Below are positions 20,432 to 30,914 of a stretch of DNA of 64,000 nucleotides, in pieces. The notes under the pieces were generated by a model. The model searched no databases and was not told where the DNA came from. It saw only the letters and a program-made list of their open reading frames with translations. Position numbers and translations under genes: made by a program. Source of the DNA: Thermoproteota archaeon (GTDB lineage Archaea; Thermoproteota; Thermoprotei_A; Sulfolobales; Ignisphaeraceae). The stretch spans positions 1 to 64,000 of the forward strand of contig JAUQPB010000001.1 of NCBI GenBank assembly GCA_030550585.1, in the 5' to 3' direction. The stretch's first letter is position 1; every line of letters begins with the position of its first letter.

Positions 20432-20833
20432 GTGCCTAGGCGATTCAGAAGAGGTTGGATGGGCGGATTTGGTGTTAGAACACCCCCCGCAAAGTGTAGC
20501 ATACCCATTGAAGACACTATATTCATACCTGTTAAACCTGTTGGAAGCCTGAGTTTCAGCGACTACATAGAGATCTACGATTACGAGGTTGAGGCCCTTG
20601 TCCACATACATGTTGAAGGGCTTTCCATGGAGGAGGCTGCGAATAGAATGGGCCTGTCAAAAGCAACCTTTTGGAGAATTCTAGAGGGCGCTAGATTCAA
20701 GATTGCCAAGGCACTAGCTGAGAGAAAGCCTATGAAACTTGTTTCAACTAGGCAGATAATCGATGATAATAAGAGCTTATTAACCGAGAAACAGGTTTCA
20801 AGTACTGGCGACGAAAATGGGTTGGTGGAATAG
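20432..20833 (+). CDS. DUF134 family predicted DNA-binding protein
   Basis: EVEAL...EGLSMEEAANRMGLSKATFWRILEGARFKIAKAL. Confidence 0.88.
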   Translation: MPRRFRRGWMGGFGVRTPPAKCSIPIEDTIFIPVKPVGSLSFSDYIEIYDYEVEALVHIHVEGLSMEEAANRMGLSKATFWRILEGARFKIAKALAERKPMKLVSTRQIIDDNKSLLTEKQVSSTGDENGLVE

Positions 20834-21125
20834 GCTTTGGAGAGGCCCATACCCAGGCAATGGGCCCTGGAGCCATCTACCACCGTGGCAGAGACCCGGA
20901 TGGCTATTTGGCGGAGGATGGTACTGGCTACAATATCTAGACAAATACTGGTACCAGCCACCAATCACACCACCAACTGCACCAACAGCTCCCATTGATC
21001 CAGAGACTGAGATTAGGTATCTCGAAGAGCTGAGGAGATATATCAGCGATGTGATGCTAAAAGAGATTGATGCTAGGATAGAGGAGCTTAGAAGGCTCTT
21101 GGGAAAGGGGCAAGGCAGTAGATGA
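20817..21125 (+). CDS. DUF5320-like protein
   Basis: GPWSHLPPWQRPGW motif and C-terminal coiled coil, located between DUF134 and NifX-like genes. Confidence 0.65.
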   Translation: MGWWNRLWRGPYPGNGPWSHLPPWQRPGWLFGGGWYWLQYLDKYWYQPPITPPTAPTAPIDPETEIRYLEELRRYISDVMLKEIDARIEELRRLLGKGQGSR

Positions 21126-21532
21126 AGAGAACAGTTATTGTAGCAATACCTGTGGTAGGCTCTGGCCAAAACCCATATGTTTTTCCACATTTTGGCAGAG
21201 CACCATTCTTTGCAATAGTTGAGATAGACGGGAATAGCTTTAGAGTAGCAAAAATGCTCAAGAACGAACATGTTGCCCATGATCGTGGCCAAGGACATGG
21301 ACATCTGATAATAGAGGAGCTGGCTAGACAGGGAGTAGAAGCTGTGGTTGTTGCCAGCATTGGCCAGGGGGCATTCTACCAGCTGAGAAGCTTGGGAATG
21401 AAAATCTATGTCTTGCCAAAGAGAGAAAAAGGGTTGTACAATCTAGAGGAGGCTATAAAGATGCTCATAGAGAACAGAATCAGCGAGGCGCTAGAGCCTG
21501 TGAAGCATGAAGATCACGAGCATAACCATTAA
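21122..21532 (+). CDS. NifB/NifX-family Fe-Mo cluster-binding protein
   Basis: HFGRAPFF, IGQGA and a His-rich tail. Confidence 0.88.
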   Translation: MKRTVIVAIPVVGSGQNPYVFPHFGRAPFFAIVEIDGNSFRVAKMLKNEHVAHDRGQGHGHLIIEELARQGVEAVVVASIGQGAFYQLRSLGMKIYVLPKREKGLYNLEEAIKMLIENRISEALEPVKHEDHEHNH

Positions 21533-21634
21533 AAGAGGACCTACCCCACAAAATATTTGGCAATGCTCAAACCCTTTCTAAGAAATAAAAAATAGAAATT
21601 GTTCTTGAGAGCACCCTATAGTGTTGTCCAAAGA

Positions 21635-21853
21635 CTATTTCGATGCCTCTGAAAGCTTCTGGCTTCTCATCATCTCATCAACAACAGTTAGTATACCGGA
21701 TATCAATAGGTATATGCCTATGAGCAACGCTACTAGATCTGGGCGCACTATAACTAGTATCCCAAATACTATCATTAGCACCCCTATAACAATTCTCGGA
21801 GCGCTTATACCAAGATACTTTTTGAGGGCCTCCTGCACAGCTTTTTCGGCCAT
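21635..21853 (-). CDS. Small two-TM protein (DUF3096-like)
   Basis: GILVIVRPDLVALLIGIYLLISGIL. Confidence 0.7.
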   Translation of the reverse strand: MAEKAVQEALKKYLGISAPRIVIGVLMIVFGILVIVRPDLVALLIGIYLLISGILTVVDEMMRSQKLSEASK

Positions 21854-22233
21854 TTGGCTACACCAACTTCTGCTTATCTTAACTGTGCAGTGCTAATAAA
21901 TTCTTTCATAGTCAAAGTGTTGAGATCTGACAACTCTTCTATAGCATGTCTTTGAATGCCGAGTTTTAATTTAAAGCAAACTTTTGTGCTTTTGCATCCT
22001 TCTAGCGATTTAAGCTTCAGGGTGTCGGTAGCCCATATACTAACTAGAGAACTGTTTTGCTGGAACATCTAAATCTGTATTTTGATGTTCCCTAATGCTA
22101 AATTTAAGAAGTAGATCAATGAAGCACAGATTTTACATATTTACAACATTTGCCAATAGCAGTTCAAAAAATCGATAAGCAGAACAACAATGTTTTTAAT
22201 TTTCAAGTGTTGGTTTATAGTAGTGGTGGGTCC

Positions 22234-23474
22234 ATGAGGAAAGGTCCTAAAATAGCTTTCATAGGTGCTGGTAGCGCTAGATGGACTAGCAGAATCCTCA
22301 TAGACATATTTCTCAATAGAGATTTGCATAATTCGGAGATATGGTTAATGGATATAAATGACTATAGGCTAGGTATTATAGGCATATTTGCTAAGAGATA
22401 TGTTGGAGAATTGTATTTGCCTATAAAGGTATTTGTTGCTAAGAGATAGGAGAGAAGCTATAAGGGACGCCGATTTTGTCATATCAACAGTTCTTGCAAT
22501 GGGCTATACATACTATGAAACCATGAGGGAGATCTCAGAAAAATATGGATACAAATACGGTATAAACTCTGTCGAATGAAACTATGTTGGTGACTACCAT
22601 ACCATATGGGGTTACTATCAGTTTAAGGTATATTTAGAAATTGCTAGAGATGTTGAGGAGCTTGCCCCACACACATGGCTCTTCATAATATCTAACCTCG
22701 TGTTAGAGCTTACAACACTTATCGGAAGAGAGACAAAGGTGAGGGTTGCAGGTATATGCCATGGTTTTCTAGGGTTTAGATCAGCGCTGGAGGTTTTTGC
22801 TATGAGGCTTGCCAATGAGAAGTTGGGTAGGGATATAACAGCTCTTTGCGCTATGCATGACCCTGAATGCTACAAAACTTTTTGATGCAGCTAACCGATT
22901 TTGATGAGCTAGAGTTTGAAATGAAGGGGTTTAACCATGTTATTTGGCTGACCAGGTTTAGGTATATGGGTGAGAATGCATATAGATATGTAGATGATTG
23001 GGTCAGAGAAGATGCTGAGAAATATTGGAGTGTATGGAGAGAGTACACAAGCAATCCATGGGATGTGGATTTATAGCTCCAGCCGCAATAGACATGTGCA
23101 AAACCTATGGCTTTCTACCAATTGGCGACAGTGTTAGAGGTGGTACATGGAAATATCACTGGGATCTACAAACAAAGAAGTGTTGGTATGGATCATTTGG
23201 AGGGCCAGACTCAGAAATAGGAGATGCTATAAGGGTTCTAATTGTTAGGAGAAATATTAGGGAGTTGGCTGAAAAAGTCTTTAATACATCAATTCCTATA
23301 GTGCAAAGCGAGCCGCCAAGGCCAAGTGGAGAGCTGCTAGCACCTCTAATAGATGCTCTATTCAATTGGCTAACAGTTGATGTTAGAACAAAGAGTTTTC
23401 AGCAAGTCAACGATGTTATAGATGCTATTCTCAAAATGCCTGGCAACGAAGAAATGGCAAAGCACTTCAGCTAA
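22234..23474 (+). pseudogene. GH4 alpha-glucosidase/galactosidase pseudogene
   Basis: KIAFIGAGSARW, GICHG, GFNHVIWL and PIGDSVR are spread over several frames, with stops and a C-terminal deletion. Confidence 0.85.
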
Positions 23475-23712
23475 AAGCTATGCAGTGGATTGCTCTTCTT
23501 AATTTATATACAAGACCCTTGGATACACGCCCACCTCTACTACCAATACAAACATCGCCTCTAAACCCGACAACGTCAAATCCAAGTAAAACAACATCCC
23601 TTATATGATCTTTCTTTGGCCCGCCGGCAATAGCTGTAAGCATGTCGTTTTTCTTTGTCCTACCAACAAATTCCTTTAAACAACTTTTGAGAGTATGCCA
23701 AGTTGTGTGTTG
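23467..23712 (-). pseudogene. C-terminal fragment resembling MfnB (DUF556, methanofuran biosynthesis)
   Basis: Manual translation: LKEFVGRTKKNDMLTAIAGGPKKDHIRDVVLLGFDVVGFRGDVCIGSRGGRVSKGLV. Confidence 0.55.
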
Positions 23713-23778
23713 TCAAAAATGTCAGACACTTAGTTTAAAAAGAAAAGATAAGCTTTCATTTGTTACCGTAATGTGTAC

Positions 23779-24690
23779 CTAAATCTGAATTAGGCTCTCT
23801 TTTCTTCTTGCTAGGTATTTATAGGAGTTGTATATGGTGTATGCAGCTGGGAAAACATCTTTAGCTGATTCGATTGGTCCGTAGAGCAGGAAGTCTGCGC
23901 CTATGACTAGAGTTGCTATATTTGAAGCTATTTCACATGCTTTATAGCCTTCGGCTCCAAATCTCTCTTTAAAGGCTTTTCTCTGTGTTGAGACCGCGTT
24001 GTGGGCCCCGCTACCAACTGGGAGCCCATACCTAGATTTAACCTCTATCATTGTTCTCATAGCTGCTGAAAGGCTTGGCACATCAATTACGAATGTGTCT
24101 ACAAGAATTTTTTCAATGCCGTAGCTAGAGGTCTTGGCCAATATCGCTTCGAGGTTCTTAATCCTGGCCTCCACATCCATGATCTTGTCTGTGTATAGCA
24201 AGGCTATGGCAGCTTTAACGCCATATTCTTGGAGAAGCCTATACTCATCGTCTTTCGACTTTGCTGTTAGAGAATTGTATACAACCCTCTCTAGAAACCC
24301 AGCCTCTTTCGCATACTGGAAACCAGCTTTCATCACATTTATATCTGGAGAGTCTATGGATATGGGCATTCTGGTTGTGTTAGAAACGAACTCTAGGTAC
24401 TTGACTACAGCATTTGGATAATCTGCAACAATGTCTATCATAGCGGGTATCCTCGTCTTCGAGGACAGTTCCTCTACAGTCTTTATCAGCTCCTCTGCTT
24501 TGGATTTGTCGAAGACTCCCTGCACAGCATCAGCAACAATTTTATGTCCATGGTAAAATATTGTGCCTATCAACACAGGTGGGTTTTCAAATGCTGTTCC
24601 ACCAACCTTTATCCCACCTATTTCGAAAACCTTTTGCTGTGTTCTGTAATGGAACATAGGGGAGACCTGGTATATTGCTGTATCAGCCAT
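23779..24690 (-). CDS. mtrH: MtrH/MtgA-family pterin-binding methyltransferase
   Basis: QKVFEIGGIKVGG...PPVLIGTIFYHGHKIV, GSGAHNA, GADFLLYGPIE. Confidence 0.85.
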   Translation of the reverse strand: MADTAIYQVSPMFHYRTQQKVFEIGGIKVGGTAFENPPVLIGTIFYHGHKIVADAVQGVFDKSKAEELIKTVEELSSKTRIPAMIDIVADYPNAVVKYLEFVSNTTRMPISIDSPDINVMKAGFQYAKEAGFLERVVYNSLTAKSKDDEYRLLQEYGVKAAIALLYTDKIMDVEARIKNLEAILAKTSSYGIEKILVDTFVIDVPSLSAAMRTMIEVKSRYGLPVGSGAHNAVSTQRKAFKERFGAEGYKACEIASNIATLVIGADFLLYGPIESAKDVFPAAYTIYNSYKYLARRKESLIQI

Positions 24691-24715
24691 GTTTAAAAAT
24701 CTAGCTGTGTTTACA

Positions 24716-26323
24716 CTAGATGAGCTTGGGCATATACCTATCCAAGATGTATTCGGGGTTCTCTCTAATTATCTTCATAGCTTTTGGAAGATGCTCTAAG
24801 ACGTCATCTGGAGTCACACCGTCCTCCCCAATCTCATCTGCAGCCAAATCACCTGCAAGCCCATGGACGAGAACACCCATTCTCGTTGCATCGCCTACAT
24901 CTCTATAGCCAATGCCGTACATAGCGGCTATCGTACCTGTTAGCACATCTCCCATGCCGGCTTTTGCCATCCCCGGGTTTCCAGTCATGTTTATGTATAT
25001 ATATCCATCTGGTCTGCATATCAGTGTGTGAGCTCCCTTCAAAACAATGTAGCTATTCATATCCATACACACCCTTCTCAAAATGTTTATGGGATCCTCA
25101 AGAATTTCTGATGTGCTTAGCTGTGCTAGTCTAGAGAACTCGCCTAGGTGTGGGGTTATTACTGTAGGTGCCTTTCTCTTCTTGACAACATCAATATTTC
25201 TTGCTATAGCTGTTATCCCATCGCCATCGATTATAACAGGCTTTTCAACAGCCTCAACAAACTCTCTTACAAGCTCTTGCGTCTCTGGGTTCAGCGATGT
25301 TCCAGGACCTATAGCAACAATGTCTATGTCAAACTGCTGAACAATTTCTATGAGGTGGCTGAAATTGCTTTTTGCTATGCTACCCTCGGACGTTTCTTCA
25401 AGTGGTATAAACACTATCTCGCTGTTTCTAGACGCTATATACGGTACTATGGACTTTGGTGCTGCTAGCCTCGAGTACCCGCCCCCAGCCTTTAGAAAAG
25501 AGTATGCAACATAGTATGGAGCTCCATAGTAGTTTCTCGCACCTGCTATAGCGAGGAACTTTCCGAATGTGCCTTTGTGCCCCCATCTCACCCTCTCTGG
25601 GGGCTGAACCGGGTAGTTGAGTTCAACTCTTATGCTATTCGCCTCTAGAAGTTGTGGAGGATATGAAAGCTTTGAAACATAGAGCTTTCCACAGTAGTAA
25701 TACCCTGGATACAGGATGTTACCATATTTTGGAAGGCCAAACGTTACTGTGTAGGTGGACTTTACTGCAACTCCATAGACCCTACCATTATCGCCTCCAA
25801 CACCAGATGGTATATCAACACTCACAACAGTTTTTCCAAGCCTATTTATAGCCTCTATAACGCCTCTTCTAAAACCTGTTATCTCGCCCCTCAAACCAGT
25901 GCCAACAATCCCAACAACAAGAACATCGCAGTTTTTAGCAGCTTCGCGAAAAGCCTCAACATCTTCGTCGCTTTGGATGACCCTCACCGGAATCCCCATT
26001 CTCTTCACCAGCTCAAGATTCTTCTTAGCAAGCTCGGAAGCCTTCGAGGGGTCTCCAACAACATACACCTCAACACTGCATCCAGCTGCGTAGAGCCTTC
26101 TAGCAGAGACAAGTGCATCGCCACCGTTGTTACCTGTGCCAGCAACTATACAGAACCTCTTATCGAATAAGCCGATTTCAGCAGCTATCAGATTGAATAT
26201 GGCTGTTCCAGCATCCTCCATTAAAAGCTCGTGGGGCACGCCATAAGCTTTGGAGGTCTCCTCATCTATCCTCCTCATCTCATCAACGCTACAAACCTTT
26301 AGCCTTGGAGGAACGCTTTTCAA
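24716..26323 (-). CDS. nnr: Bifunctional NAD(P)H-hydrate epimerase/dehydratase
   Basis: LMEDAG, GTGNNGGD, DIPSG, HKGTFG, TPHLGEF, AGMGDVLTG. Confidence 0.94.
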   Translation of the reverse strand: MKSVPPRLKVCSVDEMRRIDEETSKAYGVPHELLMEDAGTAIFNLIAAEIGLFDKRFCIVAGTGNNGGDALVSARRLYAAGCSVEVYVVGDPSKASELAKKNLELVKRMGIPVRVIQSDEDVEAFREAAKNCDVLVVGIVGTGLRGEITGFRRGVIEAINRLGKTVVSVDIPSGVGGDNGRVYGVAVKSTYTVTFGLPKYGNILYPGYYYCGKLYVSKLSYPPQLLEANSIRVELNYPVQPPERVRWGHKGTFGKFLAIAGARNYYGAPYYVAYSFLKAGGGYSRLAAPKSIVPYIASRNSEIVFIPLEETSEGSIAKSNFSHLIEIVQQFDIDIVAIGPGTSLNPETQELVREFVEAVEKPVIIDGDGITAIARNIDVVKKRKAPTVITPHLGEFSRLAQLSTSEILEDPINILRRVCMDMNSYIVLKGAHTLICRPDGYIYINMTGNPGMAKAGMGDVLTGTIAAMYGIGYRDVGDATRMGVLVHGLAGDLAADEIGEDGVTPDDVLEHLPKAMKIIRENPEYILDRYMPKLI

Positions 26324-26396
26324 GGTAGAGCACCGAGCCTGCTAATGCTCTGTCTCACCTTAGATTTAAAGCTGTTGACACGAGATAGCTATTTAG

Positions 26397-27371
26397 ATGG
26401 GGGAATCGCTAGAAAGGGTATCAGAGAAAATGATTGTGGAGGTAGATGGTGTTGACTATGGCTATTCTCTCTACTACTCATACCTGCTTCCACTATTCGA
26501 TATAGAGCCAACTGAAAATGGGTTCGTATTTAGAAAGGTTGTAGGGTTTTGCAGTAGAATTGAGTGTGTTTTCCATAGAGACTCTCTAAAAACGGTCTGC
26601 AAAATCCCGCCAAACTGTGTTGAATACTCTAAACATGTTCTTGGTATTGATAGCAGATGGGGCTTTAAAGAACTGTGTAGAGTCTATGGCTATGACAACT
26701 GCGTTGCTGAGAAAATAACACTGATCTACAGCCCCAAAGACGCTAGACTTGTTTTTTACACAATACTCTTATCGAGAAACACAGACTACTTTGTCAACAC
26801 TTTGAGGTGGTTAAAAGAACTTGTGTATACAGGGGGTATTAGAGGCGGTAGCTATATAACTAAACAGTTTCTGGAGATTAGAGAAAGTGTTGACAGGACT
26901 TTCGACAGCACTGAGAAGATAGATGAGCTGGCTATATCGCTACTCAGGCTAAGGTACGTGGGTCTAAAAACAGTATCAGCTTTTCTTCTACACGCTTTTG
27001 GATTGACGGAGCATGCCCCCATCGACAGGCACTACATGTGGTACTTGTCGAGGACTCTTCCAAGCTTTAAATATGTGCAGATTAGGAAGGAGGTTTGCAT
27101 TAGAAGCAAGCTGAACTGTTTCAGCTGCCCATATAGAGAAAGGTGTTTGTATGGAGCTACAAAAATCTTCGGCAAGTTAAATGGGTATATACAGTCGTTG
27201 GCATACCTGTCTAAGAGAATGTCCATGGCTAGAAACACCATAGAGGAGATCCTCGTGCCAAGGGGGCATAGAGATATTAGGTCTCTAGAGAATATTGTTA
27301 AGGCGGTTATAGAAAAAGTTGTTGGAGATGCTAACAAGAATGCAGGGCTACGACCCTTTCCAACTTGGTGA
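26397..27371 (+). CDS. HhH-GPD/endonuclease III-like protein with 4Fe-4S motif
   Basis: LRYVGLKTV...APIDRH and C-x6-C-x2-C-x5-C. Confidence 0.7.
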   Translation: MGESLERVSEKMIVEVDGVDYGYSLYYSYLLPLFDIEPTENGFVFRKVVGFCSRIECVFHRDSLKTVCKIPPNCVEYSKHVLGIDSRWGFKELCRVYGYDNCVAEKITLIYSPKDARLVFYTILLSRNTDYFVNTLRWLKELVYTGGIRGGSYITKQFLEIRESVDRTFDSTEKIDELAISLLRLRYVGLKTVSAFLLHAFGLTEHAPIDRHYMWYLSRTLPSFKYVQIRKEVCIRSKLNCFSCPYRERCLYGATKIFGKLNGYIQSLAYLSKRMSMARNTIEEILVPRGHRDIRSLENIVKAVIEKVVGDANKNAGLRPFPTW

Positions 27372-28116
27372 AGCAGTTAAAAAAGATGTTACTAAAGTTG
27401 TTGGCGCTGTTGAGATGAGGAAGTACTACAGGTTTAGAGGAGGGAGATGGTATGGGGGTATAGCAACAGGAGATGTTGTTGGCTGCAATCTGAGATGCAA
27501 ATTCTGCTGGAGCTGGAGATTTACTCACCAAACAAACAAAGGCGAGTTCTACAGCACTGCCGAGGTGTTTGAGAAGCTCTATGAAATTGCTGAGGGAAAT
27601 GGGTATACATATGTCAGGCTAAGTGGGGGTGAGCCCACACTCTCCTTCAACCACCTACTCGAACTTCTAAGACTCTTCGACGAAACAAACCACATATTCA
27701 TCTTAGAGACCAACGGTCTTTTAATAGGGAGGGAGAAGAGCTATGCAAAAGCTCTTGCAAACCATAGAGTGGTTGTTAGAGTTTCTTTCAAGGGTGCTAC
27801 AAAAGAAGAGTTCTACATGTTGACGGGAGCCAGACCAGAGTTCTACGAATATCAGTTCAAAGCGTTGGAGAACCTCTTGGAAGAGGGCTTCAAACCTGGG
27901 GAAGATGTTTACCCGGCGATAATGCTTAGCTTCAGCACAGACGAATCCTACGCACAATTCAAGAAGAGGCTGAGAGAGATACATCCAAGGCTTGTGGAGT
28001 CTATAGACGAAGAATACGTTATTCTGTACCCCCATGTAATAGAGATTCTGAAAAGGAATAGACTAAATCCGCGAATAGCCTACACACCTGATAACATACC
28101 CCAGTACATGATCTGA
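27328..28116 (+). CDS. Radical SAM protein (short archaeal family, no SPASM)
   Basis: RWYGGIATGDVVGCNLRCKFCWS, SGGEPT, LETNG. Confidence 0.9.
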   Translation: MLTRMQGYDPFQLGEAVKKDVTKVVGAVEMRKYYRFRGGRWYGGIATGDVVGCNLRCKFCWSWRFTHQTNKGEFYSTAEVFEKLYEIAEGNGYTYVRLSGGEPTLSFNHLLELLRLFDETNHIFILETNGLLIGREKSYAKALANHRVVVRVSFKGATKEEFYMLTGARPEFYEYQFKALENLLEEGFKPGEDVYPAIMLSFSTDESYAQFKKRLREIHPRLVESIDEEYVILYPHVIEILKRNRLNPRIAYTPDNIPQYMI

Positions 28117-28211
28117 GAAAAAGTTTTAGTAGCATTGCTTGTTTTGCCGATACATGTGCAACTTAGCTGCTATGATGATGGATTTACAGTTCAAATTAAT
28201 GTATCATAGCA

Positions 28212-28790
28212 TCAAGATCGGGTCTCGCCAGTCTGCTCCTTATCATTAATGATTATGTAGACTAGTGATGGCGGCGCCAAATTCAGTTCTCTAAGCACTA
28301 AGCCGTCCAAATTCGATATTAGAGCTGCTGTGGCTAGATCTAGCGACGTACTTTTCCTTTTTATGCATCTCAAATCCGTATTCTCTAAACTATTTTTGAA
28401 CTTCTCGAACACCTTCTTCAAATGCTCGGAGTGCTCTTCTATAATTGGCTCAAGTCTTCTTCGGAGCTCCTCTAGTTCTGATACAAAGAAGAATGGAATG
28501 GAGAGTTTATAGTATATCTCAACCTTGAACCTCTTAGGCTGATCCTCAGCCTCAGAAATAATTCCGCTAGACTTCAAGCGCTTCAAATGGTCAAAGACTG
28601 TTGATGGGGCTAGACCCAATCTATCAGCTATTTCCTTAAGTGTGAGTGCACCCTCTGTAGCAAGCAGATACACAATGGCCCTCCTCGTAGGATTGTCGAG
28701 CAGCATCATTTTATCCATAACCTCACCGTAGCCAATAACATAGACACGCCTGCTAAACAAATCCTTAGCATCTTTTAGCTCCTTAGACAC
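28212..28790 (-). CDS. ArsR-family winged-helix regulator
   Basis: DNPTRRAIVYLL...LTLKEIADRLGLAPSTVFDHLKRL; start at GTG 28790 or ATG 28718. Confidence 0.85.
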   Translation of the reverse strand: MSKELKDAKDLFSRRVYVIGYGEVMDKMMLLDNPTRRAIVYLLATEGALTLKEIADRLGLAPSTVFDHLKRLKSSGIISEAEDQPKRFKVEIYYKLSIPFFFVSELEELRRRLEPIIEEHSEHLKKVFEKFKNSLENTDLRCIKRKSTSLDLATAALISNLDGLVLRELNLAPPSLVYIIINDKEQTGETRS

Positions 28791-28874
28791 TCCAAACACC
28801 TGCTGCTCTAAGCTGTTTTCAAGCAATTTAACGCTTTTCGAAAATTCTTTTTTCCAGAAACTAGAATAAGGGAA

Positions 28875-28901
28875 TTCGGAAATATACGAAAAAATTATAA
28901 A
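28875..28901 (+). promoter_or_regulatory. BRE/TATA promoter with overlapping inverted repeat
   Basis: GAAAAAATTATAAA at 28888-28901; TTCG-N8-CGAA at 28875-28890. Confidence 0.55.
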
Positions 28902-28933
28902 CTCGGCAAGCAGACCTGTTCTAGGTGAAACCC

Positions 28934-29080
28934 ATGAGAACATTAAAGGCTGAGACGCGTATGAAGGAAGAGGAAAAAATAGGAATAGCAGTCCTTGAGA
29001 AGGAAATAACAAGCGTAGAGGATCCCAATTTCTGTGGGTTCTGTGGAATGTTCTGTGCTTCAATACTCTGTATGGGATAA
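28934..29080 (+). CDS. 48-aa Cys-rich peptide, putative RiPP precursor
   Basis: MRTLKAETRMKEEEKIGIAVLEKEITSVEDPNFCGFCGMFCASILCMG*, with an AGGTGA RBS and an upstream promoter; below the ORF-track cutoff. Confidence 0.7.
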   Translation: MRTLKAETRMKEEEKIGIAVLEKEITSVEDPNFCGFCGMFCASILCMG

Positions 29081-29202
29081 GGAGGCTGTAGTTACTTGAA
29101 ATCCAAGAGCATAAGCACGTGTTTAAGACATATCTATGGAGTTGAGAGTCTAATGCATTTAGTAAAACTATATATAGAGTTTAAATGCATGGTGTGATAA
29201 AT

Positions 29203-30107
29203 ATGGGTGGCATAGTTATAGATGTTGAGAATGTGACTAAGATTTACCCCAATGGTGTTGTAGCAAACAGAGGTGTGTCGCTTAGGGTATGTAGTGGTGA
29301 AATTGTGTGTTTGGTGGGCCTAACGGTGCTGGCAAGACTACGCTTATTCGTCAGATAATGGGTCTTCTTAGACCTACTTCTGGGAGGGTGCGCGTATTAG
29401 GTGTAGATCCATTTATGGAGCAACATGTTGTTCGCAAAAATGTTGGCTACGTTCCTCAATCACCCCTTACCTTTCCTGCACATAAGGTTTCTGAGGTTTT
29501 AGAGTATGTGGTTGATCTAGCTGGTGAGAAGCGTGTTAGGGTTTATGAATTGCTAAAACTTCTGGATCTAGAGGATGCAAAGAATGTGCTCGGTTATCAG
29601 TTATCCCTAGGTCAGCGCAAGCTATTGCTAATAGCTATGGCTCTAGCTAAAAATCCTAGGATTCTTGTATTAGATGAGCCTACCACATTTGTTGATATTA
29701 TTAGAAAGAGGGTTGTGTGGGAAACCATTCTAAAGCTGAGGAGCCAGAATAAAACGATGCTTCTCGTTAGCCACGATGTTGAGGAGGTTAAAAGGCTTTG
29801 CGATAGAGTATATGTGATGTTTTCAGGGAGGGTAGTATATAATGGGGGTATCACCGATATCAGCAAACTTGGTGGTGTAGAGCTGAGAATATACACGCAT
29901 AAACCTTCTGAAGTTGCGAAGAAGATAAAACATGGTGTGACAATGACACAGGAAAACACTTTGCTAGTCAGCTATACAACACTTAGCGAAGCGCTTAAGG
30001 ATTTGAGTAGCTTAGCGGATTTGTCGGCAAACGGTCTTGAGCTTAAGCTTGTTCTAGAATACCCTTCAATCACATCAGCCCTGCTCTCTATAGTAGATAG
30101 CAGGTGA
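29203..30107 (+). pseudogene. ABC ATP-binding protein with a 1-nt frameshift near 29319
   Basis: MGGIVIDVENVTKIYPNG...EIVCLVG is in one frame and GPNGAGKTT...LDEPTT in another. Confidence 0.82.
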
Positions 30108-30119
30108 GGGGTAGGAGCG

Positions 30120-30781
30120 ATGGCAGTTAAAAATGTTTGGAGGACAATGATTTTCGAGCTTAAGTCCCTACGGCTTTTCTGGTTTCCTATAACAACCATG
30201 ACTATGTTGGTTCCCCTCTCCTATCTTTCAATAGATTTACTGTGGTTTCCACATTCCTAACGCTGGTACTGCCCTTGGCTCAGCGGGTAAGCAACATGTT
30301 TGAAGATGATGTGATCGAGTTGTTGGCGTCTCTACCCCTGGGCATGGGGGAAATGCTATTGGCTTACATAGGGACATATACAGCACTTTCGATGCCAGTA
30401 ATCATCGAATTTATAATCGTAATAACCTTATCTCTAGGAAGAGTGGATGGAGTGCTCCTAGCCTCTGGGCTGTTCACACTATGGTGCATAGCGCTAGAGA
30501 TTAGCATCTTGCTGGGCCTTACCATCAAAAATAAGCTTAAGCTAGATCCACTACTATCACTAATCTTACTAGCAACAGTAGTGTTTACCCCAGCGTTCTA
30601 CTCGATCAACAGCTTGGAAAATCCATTTAGAGCAGCAGTACTAGTCAATCCACTCACACATGTGGTGCTAATAATAAGAGCTAGTATGGGAATTGACGAG
30701 GGGGTAAGCCCCATCACCTCACTAGCATGCCTAGGAATAGCACAGATAACGCTCGCCATAGCCCTACTATTCAAAATGTGA
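30120..30781 (+). pseudogene. ABC-2 permease, disrupted near 30230
   Basis: The N-terminus from ATG 30120 is out of frame with 30242-30781 (IELLASLP, NPLTHVV). Confidence 0.7.
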
Positions 30782-30914
30782 AACACATCTCTAAATATAA
30801 TTGAGAGGAAATAGCTATGGCCACCTCATTTTAGTTAAAGTAGGGGTTACAATCTATATACAATATATAAACTGTTTGACATGTCAAGGTATCCGCATAT
30901 ACTTGTAGAGCTCA

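Noticed and set aside
28170-28215. ATGATGA box C-like motif
   Set aside because: No properly spaced D', C' and D boxes.
28791-29063. N-terminal extension of the 283-aa regulator ORF
   Set aside because: It overlaps the promoter and the peptide gene on the opposite strand; the real start is near 28790 or 28718.
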